Source: Rhodobacter capsulatus SB 1003
GTDB lineage: Bacteria > Pseudomonadota > Alphaproteobacteria > Rhodobacterales > Rhodobacteraceae
Length of the DNA stretch: 32,000 bases
Reading direction: 5' to 3'
NCBI RefSeq assembly: GCF_000021865.1
Contig: NC_014034.1
Location: 3,450,001-3,482,000, forward strand
Shown piece after piece: positions 1-7,924 of this stretch (position 1 is the stretch's first letter; the number at the start of each line of letters is the position of its first letter). The translations under genes were made by a program, and so were the position numbers. A model generated the notes under the pieces. That model worked only from the letters and a program-made list of their open reading frames with translations. It made no database searches and was not told where the DNA came from.

Positions 1-16
1 CAAGACCGAAGGCTCG

Positions 17-1711
17 ATGACCGAAACCTGTCTTTCCCCCGCTGACGCCAAGGCCGAACTGGCCCGCCTGACCGCCCCGGTATCGAAGCAGCTGCGTTCG
101 GCCGGGATGCTGGCCTCGCTTTCCGAAGTGCTCTGGGCGGCGCAGGCGGCGCTGGTCGCGCTGGCCTTGGGCGGGCTTGTCGCCCCGCCCGCCAGCCTGA
201 GCGTGCCGCAGGCGGCGCTGGGCTTCGTCTTCGTGATGCTGCTGCGCGCCGGGCTGGATGCGGCGGCGCAGGCCCGCGCCAACCGCGCCGCGACGACGCT
301 GGTGGCGGCCGAACGCGCCCGGCTGCTGACCGAGGCGGCACGGCTGGATGCCCGGGCGACCGGCCTTGCCCCGGCGCAGCTGGCCAGCCTTGCGGGCGAG
401 AAACTGGCGCTGCTTGGCCCCTATGTCTCGCGCTTCACCCCGGCGATGACGCGCTCGCGCATCGTGCCGATCGTGTTTCTGGCGCTGGTGGCGCCGCTCT
501 CCTGGGTCGTGGCGGTGATCTTCCTGATCGCCGGGCCGCTGATCCCGGTCTTCATGGCGCTGATCGGCATGGCGGCGCAGCAGGCCTCCGAGCGGCAGAT
601 GGCGCATCTGGGCACGCTGAACGGCACCTTGGCCGATCGCATCGCCGCCAGCGCCGATCTGCGGCTGCTGGGCGCCGAGGACCGGGCGGGGCGCGAATTG
701 TCGATCGTGTTCCATATCCTGCGGGCGCGGACGATGAAGGTTCTGACGGTGGCCTTCCTGTCCTCGACCGTGCTCGAGCTTTTTTCCGCGCTCGGTGTCG
801 CGCTGGTCGCGGTTTACGTCGGCTTCAACCTGCTGGGCGAAATCACCTGGGGCTCCTGGGGCACGCCGCTGCATCCGGCGGGGGGGATCTTCCTTCTGAT
901 GCTGGCGCCGAACATGTTCCAGCCGATGCGCGATCTGGCCGCGGCCTGGCATGACCGGGCCTCGGCCTTTGCCGTCGCGGGCGAGCTCAAGGCCGCCAAG
1001 GCGATGCTGTCCGAAGAAGGCCAGATCATGGGCACGGGCGCCGCGGCCAGGGCGCTGCCGCCTGCGGTTCTGTCCTGGGCCGGGCTCGCGCTGCGGCCGG
1101 GCCCCGGGGCGGCGCCGATCGCCCTGCCCGACGGGCAGGTGGCGCCCGGAGAGGCCGTGGCGATTTCCGGCCCCTCGGGGGCGGGGAAATCGACGCTGAT
1201 CGCGGCGCTGGCCGGGCTGATCCGGCCCGATGCGGGCGAAATCCGCTGGGGCGAGACCGTGCTGGCCGAGGACAGCGCCGATGCGATCCGGGCGGGGATG
1301 GGCTGGCTGCCGCAAGCGCCGCAATTCATCGCCGCGCCGCTCTCCGAGGCGATCACCTTGGGCCGTCCGGGCGATCTTTCGGCGGCGCTCAAGGCCGCCC
1401 ATGCCGAGGAAATCATCGCCGCCCTGCCCGAGGGTCTGGCGACGCCCTTGGGCGATATCGGCGGCGGGGTTTCGGGCGGCGAGGCGCGGCGGCTGATGCT
1501 GGCCCGCGCCCATCACGCCCAGGCGCATCTGATCCTGGCCGACGAGCCCACGGCCGATCTGGATTCCGAAACCGCGCAGGCGGTTCTGGCCGGGCTGATG
1601 GCGCTGCGCGCGGGCGGTGCGGCGCTTTTGATTGCCAGCCATGACCCCGCGGTGATCGCCGCGATGGATCGGGTCATCACCCTGGGTCACGATGCGGAGG
1701 ACCGGACATGA
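17..1711 (+). CDS. cydD: ABC half-transporter (fused permease/ATPase), CydD-type thiol-reductant exporter subunit
   Basis: 564-aa ORF with an N-terminal multi-TM region and a C-terminal ABC ATPase. Motifs: Walker A GPSGAGKST, signature VSGGEARRL, Walker B LILADEPT. The ATGA overlap (1708-1711) with a second half-transporter gives the classical cydDC layout. Confidence 0.75.
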   Translation: MTETCLSPADAKAELARLTAPVSKQLRSAGMLASLSEVLWAAQAALVALALGGLVAPPASLSVPQAALGFVFVMLLRAGLDAAAQARANRAATTLVAAERARLLTEAARLDARATGLAPAQLASLAGEKLALLGPYVSRFTPAMTRSRIVPIVFLALVAPLSWVVAVIFLIAGPLIPVFMALIGMAAQQASERQMAHLGTLNGTLADRIAASADLRLLGAEDRAGRELSIVFHILRARTMKVLTVAFLSSTVLELFSALGVALVAVYVGFNLLGEITWGSWGTPLHPAGGIFLLMLAPNMFQPMRDLAAAWHDRASAFAVAGELKAAKAMLSEEGQIMGTGAAARALPPAVLSWAGLALRPGPGAAPIALPDGQVAPGEAVAISGPSGAGKSTLIAALAGLIRPDAGEIRWGETVLAEDSADAIRAGMGWLPQAPQFIAAPLSEAITLGRPGDLSAALKAAHAEEIIAALPEGLATPLGDIGGGVSGGEARRLMLARAHHAQAHLILADEPTADLDSETAQAVLAGLMALRAGGAALLIASHDPAVIAAMDRVITLGHDAEDRT

Positions 1712-3369
1712 TCGCGCTTTTCCGTCTGGCACGTCGTCTGTCCGAAGCCGAACGTCAGGCCTTTCTGCGCGGCCTTGCGCTGATGGTGACGGTTCTGGTC
1801 ATGGGGGTCGCGCTGCTCGGCCTCTCGGGCTGGTTCGTCACCGCCGCCGCCGCCGCGGGCATCGCCGGGGTGATCGGCTTCGATTTCTTCCGCCCCTCGG
1901 CCGGGGTGCGGTTTCTGGCGCTGGGGCGGGCGATGGCGCGCTATGGCGAACGCCTTCTGACCCATGACGCCACTTTGCGCGCACTGGCGGGCATGCGCAG
2001 CGCGGTTTACGCCGGGATCACCCGGCTGCCGCATGAGGTGCAATCGCGGCTGCGCGGCGCCGAGGCGCTCAACCGCATCACCTCGGATATCGACGCGCTC
2101 GACGGGTTGATGCTGCGCCTGGTGCTGCCGCTTTCCGCCGCCGTGGCGGGGCTGGCGGCGGGCACGCTGGCGATCTGGTTTCTGGTCACCCCCGCCGCGG
2201 CGCTGGCCGTGGCGCTGATCTATGCGCTGGGGGGAACGCTGGTTCTGGCGGTCACCGCCCGCATCGCCCTGCGCCCGGCCGCCGCCGCCGAGGCCGGGCT
2301 GCAGGGGCTGCGCGCCGCGGGGCTTGATCTGATGCGCAACCGCGCCGATCTGGCGGTGGCCGGGGCGCTCGACCGGCTGACCGGGGTGGCGCTGGACGCG
2401 GTCACCGCCGAGGAAACCGCGCGCAACCGGCTCGATGACATCGAGCGGCAATCCTCCTCGGCGCTGGCGCTGACGGTGGGCACGGCCGCGGCCGCCGCGC
2501 TTTATCTGGGCGGCAGTGCCGCCGAGGCCGGGCTGATTTCGCCCGCCCGCGCCGCGATCGGGTTTTTCGTCGCGCTGGCGCTGGCCGAAAGTCTGGGCGC
2601 GCTGCGCCGGGGTCTGGCGGAATGGGGCCGGATGCAGGGCGCCGCGGTGCGGGTTCTGGCGCTGACCGACACGCCGCCGCGCCCCGATCCGCAGGTGGTG
2701 CCGCTGCCCCTGCCGGAAAAACCGCTGCTGCATATGACCGAGCTGCGCCACCGCCGCCAGGGCGCGCAGCGCGACAGTTTCGGGCCGGTCAGCTTTGAGC
2801 TGATCCGCGGCGAGACGCTGCTGATCACCGGCCCTTCGGGCGTCGGCAAATCGACGCTTCTGGCCACGCTGGCCGGGCTGACGGCGCCGGTTTCGGGGCA
2901 GATCCTGCTTTCGGGCGTGCCGCTTGCGGATTGGTCGGAGGAGCTGTTGCGCTCCTGGCTCACCCTGGTGCCGCAACGCTCGGCGCTGATGGCGGGCACC
3001 GTGGCCGAAAACCTGTCGCTGGCCCTGCCCGAGGGCCAGCCGGTCGATGAAGCGCAGCTGTGGCAGGTGCTGGAGGCCGTCGATCTGGCCGGGCCACTGC
3101 AAGCGCGCGAGGGGTTGGCCACCCAGCTTGGCCCGCATGGATCGGGGCTTTCGGGCGGTCAGGCGAAGCGGCTTGCGCTGGCGCGGGCGCTGTTGCGCCG
3201 CCCCAAGGTGCTGCTTCTGGACGAGCCGACCGAGGGGCTGGATGCGCCGACCGCCAAGGCGACGCTGCAGGGCATCCGCAAGCTTCTGCCCGAGACCGGG
3301 ATCGTTTTCGTCAGCCACCGCAGCCCCGATGCCGATCTGGCCGACCGGGTGCTGCATCTGGCGGAATGA
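1708..3369 (+). CDS. cydC: ABC half-transporter (fused permease/ATPase), CydC-type thiol-reductant exporter subunit
   Basis: 553-aa ORF translationally coupled to the previous gene. Motifs: Walker A GPSGVGKST, signature LSGGQAKRLALARA, Walker B LLLDEPT. Confidence 0.75.
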   Translation: MIALFRLARRLSEAERQAFLRGLALMVTVLVMGVALLGLSGWFVTAAAAAGIAGVIGFDFFRPSAGVRFLALGRAMARYGERLLTHDATLRALAGMRSAVYAGITRLPHEVQSRLRGAEALNRITSDIDALDGLMLRLVLPLSAAVAGLAAGTLAIWFLVTPAAALAVALIYALGGTLVLAVTARIALRPAAAAEAGLQGLRAAGLDLMRNRADLAVAGALDRLTGVALDAVTAEETARNRLDDIERQSSSALALTVGTAAAAALYLGGSAAEAGLISPARAAIGFFVALALAESLGALRRGLAEWGRMQGAAVRVLALTDTPPRPDPQVVPLPLPEKPLLHMTELRHRRQGAQRDSFGPVSFELIRGETLLITGPSGVGKSTLLATLAGLTAPVSGQILLSGVPLADWSEELLRSWLTLVPQRSALMAGTVAENLSLALPEGQPVDEAQLWQVLEAVDLAGPLQAREGLATQLGPHGSGLSGGQAKRLALARALLRRPKVLLLDEPTEGLDAPTAKATLQGIRKLLPETGIVFVSHRSPDADLADRVLHLAE

Positions 3370-3373
3370 CCTG

Positions 3374-3395
3374 CCCCCCGCTCAGGCGCGGGGGG
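3374..3395 (+). terminator. GC-rich hairpin between convergent cydC and P450 genes (possible bidirectional terminator)
   Basis: CCCCCCGC (3374-3381), loop tcaggc, GCGGGGGG (3388-3395). It starts 5 nt after the cydC stop, overlaps the P450 stop codon (3382-3384) and is followed by TCAGTTTCAG on the plus strand. Confidence 0.4.
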
Positions 3396-4782
3396 TCAGT
3401 TTCAGCCTGATCCCGGCATCGGAGCGCACCGTCAGATGCGCGACCGGCATCGGCACCGCGCCCGGGACCGGCTCAAAGCGGAAGGCGCGCAGGAACATCG
3501 ACAGGATCAGCGGCCCTTCGGCCATGGCGAAAGCCGCGCCGGGGCAGACCCGCGGCCCTTCGGAAAACGGCACATAGGCGTCGCGCAGCCCGGCCTTGCC
3601 GTTCTCCGTCTCCCAGCGGCCGGGGTCGAAGGCGTCGGGATTGTCCCAGATCCGTTCATGCCGGTGCAGGTGCCAGGGGGAGACGATGATCTGCGCCCCC
3701 TTCTTCACGCTTCGCCCGCGGAAGGTCATCGGGCAGGCGGCCTCGCGCACGAACATCGGCACCGGCGGGTAAAGCCGCATCGCTTCCCGGAACACCGCGC
3801 GCGACAGTTTCAGCCGGTTTATGATGGAAAACACCGGCACGTCATCGCCCAGCACCTCGGTTGCCTCGGCGGCCAGTTTATCCTGCCAGTCGGGATGGGT
3901 GGCGAGCAGGTAAAGCGACCAGGCCAGCGCCGCGGCCGAGGTCTCGTGACCGGCGAGGAAAAAGATCGCCACCTGATCGACCATCTCGCCGGTCTCGAAG
4001 ACACGTCCGGTTTCGGGATCGGGCGTCGTCATGATCTTGGTCGCCAGATCATCGGGCGCGGTGCCGTTCTCGATCTCGCCCGCCCGCATCGTCGCCAGCT
4101 GCCCGATCAGCGCCCGGATCGCCCGGGCGGTGTCGCGCGTCTGTTTCGAATGGAACGCGGGGACCCATTTCGGCAGGGGCAGGATCGCCGCCAGATTGGC
4201 CACCGGATGCGCCGCCTGATGGGCGCGAAACCCCTCGAAGGCGGCTTGGGCGATCTCGTGCTCGATCGGCATCGAGAACATCGTGCGAAAGATCACATCC
4301 ATCGCCACATGGCTGGTTTCCGCCTCGATTTCCAGCGGTTGCCCGTCGGCTTTCGCCCGCAGCCTCTCGACCGCCGCGACGCCGCTGTCCCACATCGCCG
4401 GAAAGACTTCGCGCAGCCGGCCGCCCTCGAAGGCCGGGTCGATGATCCGGCGCTGATGTTCCCAAAGCGCGCCGTTGGTGATGAAGACAGAGTCGCGCAA
4501 AAGCGGCTTGAGGCCAAAGCGGATGCGCTCGGATTTCGGGAAATCATGCGGCGAGCCGCGCAGGACGCGATGCACCAGCTCGGGCTCGTTGCACAGGAAC
4601 GACCGGAAGAAGGGCGTCTTCATCTCGGCCATCCAGGCGCGGTAAAGATGCGCGGGCTGCGCCGAGAGGATGTCGCGCTGGAAGAGCCGCAGATATTCCA
4701 GAAGCGAGACCTTGCCCGCACGGGCCTGCGGTTTCGGCGGCAGAATCGCCCCTTGCGGCACGGCTGCGGTTTCATCGGTCAT
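3382..4782 (-). CDS. Cytochrome P450 (paralog 1)
   Basis: Motifs: heme-thiolate FSEGPRVCPGAAFA, I-helix LAGHETSAAAL, FDPGRW (PERF-like). Start set at ATG 4782 (MTDETAAV...) because GGAG lies 7 nt upstream and it aligns with the N-terminus of the paralog at 5741-7159. The track ORF extends to 4998, which would run across the divergent regulator promoter. Confidence 0.85.
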   Translation of the reverse strand: MTDETAAVPQGAILPPKPQARAGKVSLLEYLRLFQRDILSAQPAHLYRAWMAEMKTPFFRSFLCNEPELVHRVLRGSPHDFPKSERIRFGLKPLLRDSVFITNGALWEHQRRIIDPAFEGGRLREVFPAMWDSGVAAVERLRAKADGQPLEIEAETSHVAMDVIFRTMFSMPIEHEIAQAAFEGFRAHQAAHPVANLAAILPLPKWVPAFHSKQTRDTARAIRALIGQLATMRAGEIENGTAPDDLATKIMTTPDPETGRVFETGEMVDQVAIFFLAGHETSAAALAWSLYLLATHPDWQDKLAAEATEVLGDDVPVFSIINRLKLSRAVFREAMRLYPPVPMFVREAACPMTFRGRSVKKGAQIIVSPWHLHRHERIWDNPDAFDPGRWETENGKAGLRDAYVPFSEGPRVCPGAAFAMAEGPLILSMFLRAFRFEPVPGAVPMPVAHLTVRSDAGIRLKLTPRA

Positions 4783-4857
4783 CGGCGCACTCCGGGTCTG
4801 CATCTTGGGGGTCTGCGGGGCCATCGGTCGGGTATCCAGAGGCGTTTCGGGCTTGTC

Positions 4858-4873
4858 AGTGACGGCTATCACA
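4858..4873. promoter_or_regulatory. CRP-type operator AGTGA-N6-TCACA in the divergent P450/regulator intergenic region
   Basis: AGTGAcggctaTCACA matches 9 of 10 positions of the TGTGA-N6-TCACA consensus. It is centred about 83 bp upstream of the P450-1 ATG and about 113 bp upstream of the regulator ATG. Confidence 0.45.
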
Positions 4874-4978
4874 GGAAATTGCCCTTGTCCGCCCCGTGAT
4901 ACCTTGGGTCGCACTCGCCCGCGCGGTGAAAGCCGCGTAAACTCCGCCGACCCTCTCCGCCGCAAAGGCCGCTCGTCC

Positions 4979-5734
4979 ATGCTCGACGCCCTCGACACCC
5001 CGGCGCATCCCTGCGGGAAGTGCCTCTTTTACGAAAAGAGCCTGTGGAACCCCGTGGGCCTTGGCGGCGTGTCGGTGCTGGCCTGCGGCTTTTCCCGCCG
5101 CGACATCGCCGCGGGCGAGGTTCTGTTCGAACAGGGCAGCCGCAACAAGGGCGTGTTCTGCGTCTCCAAGGGGCTGATCGCGCTGCGCAGCCACAATCCC
5201 GACGGCTCCTCGACGCTGATGCGGCTGGCCTATCCGGGCGAGATCGTCGGCTTCCGGTCCTTCCTCAGCCATGGCGAACACCAGACCGAGGCCCGGGCGC
5301 TGATGCCCGCGCGGGTCTGCACCGTCGCGCGCGGCAGTGCCGAAAGGCTTCTGCGCAACAATCCCGCGATCATGGAGCGGCTGATGGTGCGGGCGGTGGC
5401 GGAAATCGACCGCAGCCATGCGCGGATCATCGCGGCGGCCACCACCTCGAACAAGGACCGGCTGGAACAGCTTCTGGGCTGGCTGATGGCGCGGCATGGC
5501 GCCCGCGCCGGATCCGAGATGCGGATGCAGCTGCCGATGACGCGCTCGGACCTCGCCGATCTGATCGGGGTGCAGCGGGAAACGATGTCGCGGCTGATCA
5601 AGCGGCTGGAGGAAGACGGCATCTTCCGCTTTTCCGGCCGCGAGGTCTGGATGCGGGTGCCCGGCGATCTGATGGCGCAATGCTCTGACGCCGAACGCGA
5701 AGAGGTCCGGCTGCTGGTGCAACGGCTGCGCTGA
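4979..5734 (+). CDS. Crp/Fnr-family transcriptional regulator (cNMP-binding-like beta-roll plus C-terminal HTH)
   Basis: 251 aa from ATG 4979 (MLDALDTPAHPCGKC...). Effector-domain-like segment GEVLFEQGSRNKGVFCVSKGLIAL. HTH MTRSDLADLIGVQRETMSRLIKRLEEDG, with the CRP-like R-E-x-x-x-R recognition pattern. The longer track ORF from 4670 overlaps the divergent P450. Confidence 0.85.
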   Translation: MLDALDTPAHPCGKCLFYEKSLWNPVGLGGVSVLACGFSRRDIAAGEVLFEQGSRNKGVFCVSKGLIALRSHNPDGSSTLMRLAYPGEIVGFRSFLSHGEHQTEARALMPARVCTVARGSAERLLRNNPAIMERLMVRAVAEIDRSHARIIAAATTSNKDRLEQLLGWLMARHGARAGSEMRMQLPMTRSDLADLIGVQRETMSRLIKRLEEDGIFRFSGREVWMRVPGDLMAQCSDAEREEVRLLVQRLR

Positions 5735-5747
5735 GATCGCTCAGCGC
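5728..5747. terminator. Perfect 8-bp stem/4-nt loop hairpin containing both stop codons of convergent genes
   Basis: GCGCTGAG atcg CTCAGCGC. The regulator TGA (5732-5734) and the P450-2 stop (5741-5743) both sit inside the stem. No U-tract on either side. Confidence 0.35.
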
Positions 5748-7159
5748 GGGGTCAAGGACAGCCAGATCCCGTCGCGGCCACGCACGGTCAGCTGCGCCAC
5801 CGGCATCGGCTCGCGCCCGGGCACCAGCGCGACGCGGAAATGCTTCAGCATCATGGCGAGCAACAGCGGCCCCTCGGCCATGGCAAAGCCCGCCCCGGGG
5901 CAGACCCGCGGCCCGGCCGAGAAGGGCACATAGGCCAGCCGCGAGCTTTCCCGCCCCTCGGGCGTGTCCCAGCGCGTGGGGTCGAAATCGTCCGGGTCCT
6001 TCCAGATCCGCTCGTGGCGGTGCAAATGCCAGGGGCTGACCACGACCAGCGCCCCTTTCGGCACCTTGCGGCCGCGGAAGGTTTCCTCTTGCACCGTCTC
6101 GCGCAGATACATCGGCACCGGCGGGTAAAGCCGCATCGATTCCCGAAACACCGCGCGGGCCAGTTTCAGCCGCGGCACCGAGGAGGCGTAGATCTTTTCA
6201 ACGTCGATCACCGTCTCGGCTTCCTCGGCCAGCTTGTCCTGCCATTCCGGGTAAAGCGCCATCAGGTAAAGCGACCAGGCCAGCGCGGCGGCCCCGGTTT
6301 CATGCCCGGCCAAAAGGAAGATGCCGACCTGATCGACCATCTCGCCCGGGCTGAAGCACTTGCCATCCTCGGGGTCGGGGGTGGACATGATCCGCGTCGC
6401 CAGATCGTCGGGGGCGGTGCCCGCGGCGATCTCGGCCGCGCGGGCCTCGACCAGAGCGGAAATGAAGCCGCGGATCTGTTTCGCCGTCTTCGCCGTCGCG
6501 CCAAAGCGCAGCCGCGGCAGCCAGCGCGGCAGGCTGAACAGGGTGCCGGTGTTCACCATCGGCCTTGAGGCCTGATGCGCGCGGAAGGCGTCGAAGACGG
6601 CATTCGCCGTCGCATTCTCGACCGGGATCGAAAAGAGCGTCCGGAAGATCACATCGAGCGCAATATGGCTGGCCTGGCCCTCCACATCGACGGGGCGGCC
6701 ATCGGCCAAGGGTTTCAGCCGCTCGACGCCCGAGAGCGCCGCATCCCACATCGCGGGCAGCACGTCCTTGGTGCGGCCACCGTCAAAGGCCGGGTCGATG
6801 ATCCGGCGTTGCCGTTCCCATTCCGGCCCGTTGGTGATGAAGATCGAATGGCCCAGAAGCGGCGTCAGCCCCTCGAAAAGCCGCAAGGATTTCGGGAAAT
6901 CCTCGGGGCGGCGGGTCAGGATCAGATCGACCAGATCGGGGTCGTTGCACAGGAAGGAGGTGAAGAAGGGCGAGTGAAATTCGGCCATCCAGGCGCGGAA
7001 CATCCGGGCGGGCTGCACGGCCAGGATGTCCTGCCGGATCAGGCGAAAGAAATCGCGCGGGCCGACACGCTCGGGCCGGGGGGCGGGCTTGACCGGGCGG
7101 CGATGCGCAAAGGGGCATTGCGGGGCCTCGGTGGCGCGGTCTGCGGCGGCGTCTTTCAT
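5741..7159 (-). CDS. Cytochrome P450 (paralog 2)
   Basis: 472 aa. Motifs FSAGPRVCPGAGFA, LAGHETGAAAL, FDPTRW. Roughly 60 percent identical by eye to the 3382-4782 product along the whole length. RBS GAAGGGGA lies before ATG 7159. Confidence 0.9.
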   Translation of the reverse strand: MKDAAADRATEAPQCPFAHRRPVKPAPRPERVGPRDFFRLIRQDILAVQPARMFRAWMAEFHSPFFTSFLCNDPDLVDLILTRRPEDFPKSLRLFEGLTPLLGHSIFITNGPEWERQRRIIDPAFDGGRTKDVLPAMWDAALSGVERLKPLADGRPVDVEGQASHIALDVIFRTLFSIPVENATANAVFDAFRAHQASRPMVNTGTLFSLPRWLPRLRFGATAKTAKQIRGFISALVEARAAEIAAGTAPDDLATRIMSTPDPEDGKCFSPGEMVDQVGIFLLAGHETGAAALAWSLYLMALYPEWQDKLAEEAETVIDVEKIYASSVPRLKLARAVFRESMRLYPPVPMYLRETVQEETFRGRKVPKGALVVVSPWHLHRHERIWKDPDDFDPTRWDTPEGRESSRLAYVPFSAGPRVCPGAGFAMAEGPLLLAMMLKHFRVALVPGREPMPVAQLTVRGRDGIWLSLTPR

Positions 7160-7244
7160 CGGCTATCCCCTTCACCTTCCTCGGCCTCTTGTGCCACGAA
7201 GCAGGCGCAGGTGTGGTGATGATCGTCAAGTTTGCGCTGTGATC

Positions 7245-7913
7245 TCAGTCCGCGACAGGCAGCAGCACCGGCACCTCGCGCCAGTCCTGCGGGAACATCC
7301 GCTCCAGCGCGGCGATCTTCGGCATGTCCACCTGAACGATATAGGGGTGGTCGGGGTTCAGGGTCAGGAAGTTCTGGTGATAGGCCTCGGCCGGGTAAAA
7401 GGCGGCGCCGGGGTCCAGCTGCGTGACGATCGCGGCGTCAAAGGCGCGGGCGCGGCCCAGCTGGTCGATATAGGCTTTCGCGATCCGGGCCTGATCCTCG
7501 GTCACGGGAAACAGGGCCGAGCGGTATTGCGGCCCGACATCGGGGCCCTGACGGTTCAGCTGCGTCGGATCATGCGCGACGGAAAAGAACACCTGCAACA
7601 GGTCGCCATAGCTGATCTGCTTCGGGTCGAAGACCACCTGCACGGCTTCGGCATGGCCGGTCTCGCCGCCCGAGACCTGATCGTAATGGGCTGTCGCCGC
7701 CGTGCCGCCCGCATAGCCCGAGGTGGCGCTGATCACGCCGTTCAGGTGCTGAAACACCCCCTGCACGCCCCAGAAGCAGCCGCCCGCGAAGATCGCGGTT
7801 TCCGGGCCGGTCAGCGCCGCCGCATCCACGGCGGGCGGCGGGATCACCCGGAATTCCTCGGCAAAGGCGGGGGTGGCAAGGGCAAGCGCAAGGGCAAGAA
7901 CAAGGCGGCGCAT
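7245..7913 (-). CDS. msrA: Peptide-methionine (S)-S-oxide reductase MsrA, exported form
   Basis: Active-site motif GGCFWGVQG. N-terminal signal peptide MRRLVLALALALATPAFA. RBS AAGGA sits 11 nt after the dipZ stop. Confidence 0.9.
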   Translation of the reverse strand: MRRLVLALALALATPAFAEEFRVIPPPAVDAAALTGPETAIFAGGCFWGVQGVFQHLNGVISATSGYAGGTAATAHYDQVSGGETGHAEAVQVVFDPKQISYGDLLQVFFSVAHDPTQLNRQGPDVGPQYRSALFPVTEDQARIAKAYIDQLGRARAFDAAIVTQLDPGAAFYPAEAYHQNFLTLNPDHPYIVQVDMPKIAALERMFPQDWREVPVLLPVAD

Positions 7914-7924
7914 CGGGCGATCCT

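Noticed and set aside
4783-4998. N-terminal extensions implied by the longest-ORF track coordinates: P450-1 to 4998, msrB to 10294, the reductase to 11332, mop to 11668, the SIR2-like ORF to 12736, nifB to 15588, nifU to 20732, nifX to 23797, nifE to 26625, fdxN to 29267, fprA to 30963 and rnfA from 30662.
   Set aside because: Each extension runs through an upstream gene, a terminator or a sigma54 promoter, and lacks an RBS. In every case an internal start with a Shine-Dalgarno sequence or tight translational coupling gives a product of the length expected for the family.
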